From Eledone cirrhosa (taxonomy: Eukaryota): DNA of 64,000 bases. The stretch is from contig OZ024754.1 of assembly GCA_964016885.1 (NCBI GenBank), positions 28,892,001 through 28,956,000 on the forward strand, given 5' to 3'. The notes beneath the pieces are model-generated. The model had not been told where the DNA came from and searched no databases. It was given only the letters and a program-made list of their open reading frames with translations. A program made the position numbers and the translations under genes. Numbering within the stretch: the stretch's first letter is position 1; the number at the start of each line of letters is the position of its first letter. Positions 60,726 through 64,000 of this stretch are shown in pieces.

Positions 60726-63700
60726 CATATAAAATGCAACGATATTTCATGATATATTTGCAAAAATGTACACTATCTCTATTGTAACTGAAAGTTTAGC
60801 TTGATGTCATAAGGAGTAAAATAACAGTTTTCAGTTGGATTTGCAACTCTTCTTCTTTGCCCACTTATTCCAGAGAGGGTTGTTGATGTAGAGTCCTCAA
60901 ACACTCCTTCCAGCTGGTCCTGTTAGGGATTTAGACTTTTATTCTTTTACTGGTTTCAGTCTGTGGCCATGTTGTGGCACCATCTGAAAGGGATTTAGTG
61001 AACCTTCTCGATTCTAGTACATATTTTATCAAATACTTTTTCTCAAACTGCTATGTATATAATATCAGATGGATGCTTTACAAAATTATAAAATATTTTC
61101 TAATGTTCAAATATTTCATATTCCAACATATTTCTCTGGAAGCATTTTATGAGTTTCAGAATGTTGGCATTAAAATTCCTTCATTTTTAATTTGTTACAT
61201 TATAAATGTCAACTCTGTAATTGAAATGGCTTGGTGTATCACTATTTTACTATGTTCACCTTTAGAATTTTCTCATTTTCCTTCTGTTTAGAAAATCATT
61301 TTTATGTAATATTTCTACATACTTTGTGTGTGTATTTCCACACAAACATTTCAAAAGCTATTTAAAAATATATATATAAGATCGTTTTTTCTAAAAATGT
61401 GTCAAAACATTATTGCAATCATTTTTTTAACATTTAATTTAGAAATATAACTGCCATTCAAATAAGGATGATGTTTTGAATTTAAAAAGAAAGCATTAAC
61501 AAAAAAGAAAATATATAAATATGATTTGTTAATCTCTGTGAAAACAGTTTCATTATTAACACAAACATTGATAATCTGCAAAAAAAACCCAAAACTTTAT
61601 ATCATCATCATCATCATTATCATCATCATTGTATCTCTCTCAATATTAGTTAATTTTCTAAATATGTTCTGCTGAAATGAACCTTTACATTGAAAGATAT
61701 GACACTTTCTATTTCAACATTTTAAAAAGGAAAAAAAAAGTATTCTCCTTATCTTGAATATATGAAATGTAACATTTATTGCTCTTTGAGAATTTTTCCA
61801 TAACAAATTCATTCTTCATTTTGTTGATTCCTCAATGGTACCATTATCTATTCATCCATTTATTTTACTTACATTTTTCAAACAGGAAATATGTATGTCA
61901 GATTTATTAAAGATGTCTGAATTGCCTGATACAATGTGGTAAATAAACAAGTAAAATTATTCCCAGATCCATTCCATTTTAATATCTTTTGCCTTCCCAA
62001 GAGCTATTGATAGGCAGAATTGTTAAAGCATTGGATTAATTGCTTTGCAGTATTTAGATACAGTTCTTTACATTTTCAGTGGAAATCTTGCCACGGTCAA
62101 CTTTGTGTTTAAGTCTTCTGAGGTTGCATTTTATCATGGCACCAACACCAGGGAAGTTGTCATGTCATTGGCACAATTGAAAGTCCTCTCACCCCCTTTG
62201 TTTGGCATGGTTTCTTTAGTTGGTTGCCTTTCCTAACATCAACCACTTTACAGAGGGCATTGCATTCATTTTATTATGACACCAACATTAGGGAGCTTGC
62301 CATGTCTATAACACAGTTGCTAAGTTCTCTTGATTCTTTCTTTGGCAAGTTTTCTTGTTATACAGAAAAGTTATTGTTAAATGATGATGATGATGAATAT
62401 AAATCTTTAAAACAAATGACAAACGACTTCAACTGCTTTTATCATCTTTATCAATTTCAACAATTTCCTTTCTTCTTCTTTCTACCCAAGATAACATTTT
62501 TAATTTAACATAATGTCTTAATCACATCTATTTAATTTTGATTATTTTCGAGATATATTTGACATTTAAGACTTCACAATCATGACTGTTCTTATTTTTA
62601 AAACTTTGTGTTATTTTTGCTGTTTATTTACTTTTAATGTCTTCATTCATGATTGATTGATTTCATCTGAGATACCTGTCCAACACCTGCCCACTAGTAT
62701 GTCATAAACCATTTATCTTAATTTGGAGATTTCATGATAATTACAATTTAGCTATTTATAAAACAATAATGGCAACATTAATTACATTTTCAGTAGTTAG
62801 TCTTGACTAATTCTGTTTAGACTATTAAATATACTGCCAAGTTAAGAAATCAAAACCTCATCCTTTGATTGTGAGTCCAATACCCTAACCACACTAATCA
62901 TGCATCTTTATATATTATCCTAGGGTCTGACAATTAGAATAACAATATATTTAACAGTCTAAACAGAATTACTCCTTCTGCTAGGAGCTGCAACCAGCAG
63001 AGAGGATCAACAATAGATAGACCACTAGGAACATTATTTCCTTTGTCTCATTTAAGGATTAGCTCCTTTCTTTTATATGACCCATTATGAAATATGTGGT
63101 TAGGATTGTTTTGGGGGAAGGCCGATTCAATGCAAGTTAGAAATACAGGAGTGAAAATAGAAGTGAAGCAAAACAAAGAAATCAAAACAACAGTTTATAT
63201 TTTACCTTCTATAATTTGATATTTCATAATTCAGAAACTATTTTTAAAATAAAGGAAATTGAATGGGATGGTGACAACAAGCTAAGGAGTTAGTGTGATG
63301 GTGATAGTGAGAAGAGTTTTGCTCACTGTTACCATCACACTTCATTTCCTTTAGTTTGCAGAGAGGTCCTAATCTCAAAAATATATTACAAAGGGGTTCC
63401 AATCCCCAATATATTTTACAAAGAGGTTCTAACCTCAAATACCATTAAGTAAATGTGTAACTACTTTGGTTTTGTTGTCTTACTTTACTTTTCACTCCTT
63501 TATTTCTAACATTGTGCATTAAAATTAGTTTATTAAGTAAACTAACTCTTGATAATGACTAAATACTATTTATGTAACCCGTCCATTACTATATTTTTAA
63601 TCAGAGACACTGCTTATTTAATTTAGAAAATAATAAAAAAAATTGGAGAGATTTTGTAATATAACAAACTTTCACATTATTGAGCTGATATTGAACTTAA

Positions 63701-64000
63701 CAAAGGTTTTTACATAACATTATAATGAAAGGTTCTTAGATGAATATAAACATTTTAACTCTTTTATTTATAAAGACCCTGCGAAATAATTTTGAAAATA
63801 ATCAAGAATTTAAGAAGCTTTATAATTAATTTTCCCGTAATTAAGCTGGGAAAAAATATCCAAACATGTAATTCTAAACCAGAGTAATGATACACCCCCC
63901 CCCCCCCCCCCAAAAAAAAAAAGCACTGGCACTCAAAGAGATAATAAGGTGTCTTCAATTTTAGTATCAACATTCTTAGGCCTAATGTTTAGATTTATAA

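Noticed and set aside
62809-62970. 28-bp inverted repeats around a SINE-head fragment
   Set aside because: Short and AT-rich, with no TSD or second copy in the window; not enough to call an element.
49331-64000. Next MON2 exon (expected AEWV..N.VPF-like) or a microexon
   Set aside because: No matching frame with splice sites recognised by eye; it probably lies beyond the window, although a very short exon could be missed.

Overview
AT-rich, microsatellite-dense animal genomic DNA. The SINE/LINE repertoire suggests an octopod cephalopod (inference). The only host gene is a + strand MON2 homolog with four internal coding exons (2975-3238, 14384-14582, 40269-40867, 49187-49330) that have consistent GT-AG sites and phases. 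The rest is intron filled with mobile DNA: a full-length, ORF-intact RTE-clade LINE (16542-21431, -) and a near-identical 5'-truncated copy (35873-39134, -), many RTE fragments, CR1, L1/Tx1, CRE and Dong/R4 fragments, tRNA-derived SINEs, piggyBac- and mariner-type MITEs, and minisatellites. Most notable is a set of small Penelope-like (PLE) remnants. These include three complete minimal type I hammerhead ribozyme motifs (two on the MON2 sense strand) and five fold-back palindromes centred on what would be hammerhead stem II, plus a GAGTRCT(C) motif about 37-48 bp from the 3' end in five remnants. Also notable: a PHD finger inserted inside the RTE reverse transcriptase, tandem ~510-bp 5' monomers on the RTE, a SINE whose tail is a chimera of two RTE families, and a telomere-repeat hairpin at a LINE break. 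All calls were made by eye; no database searches were run.
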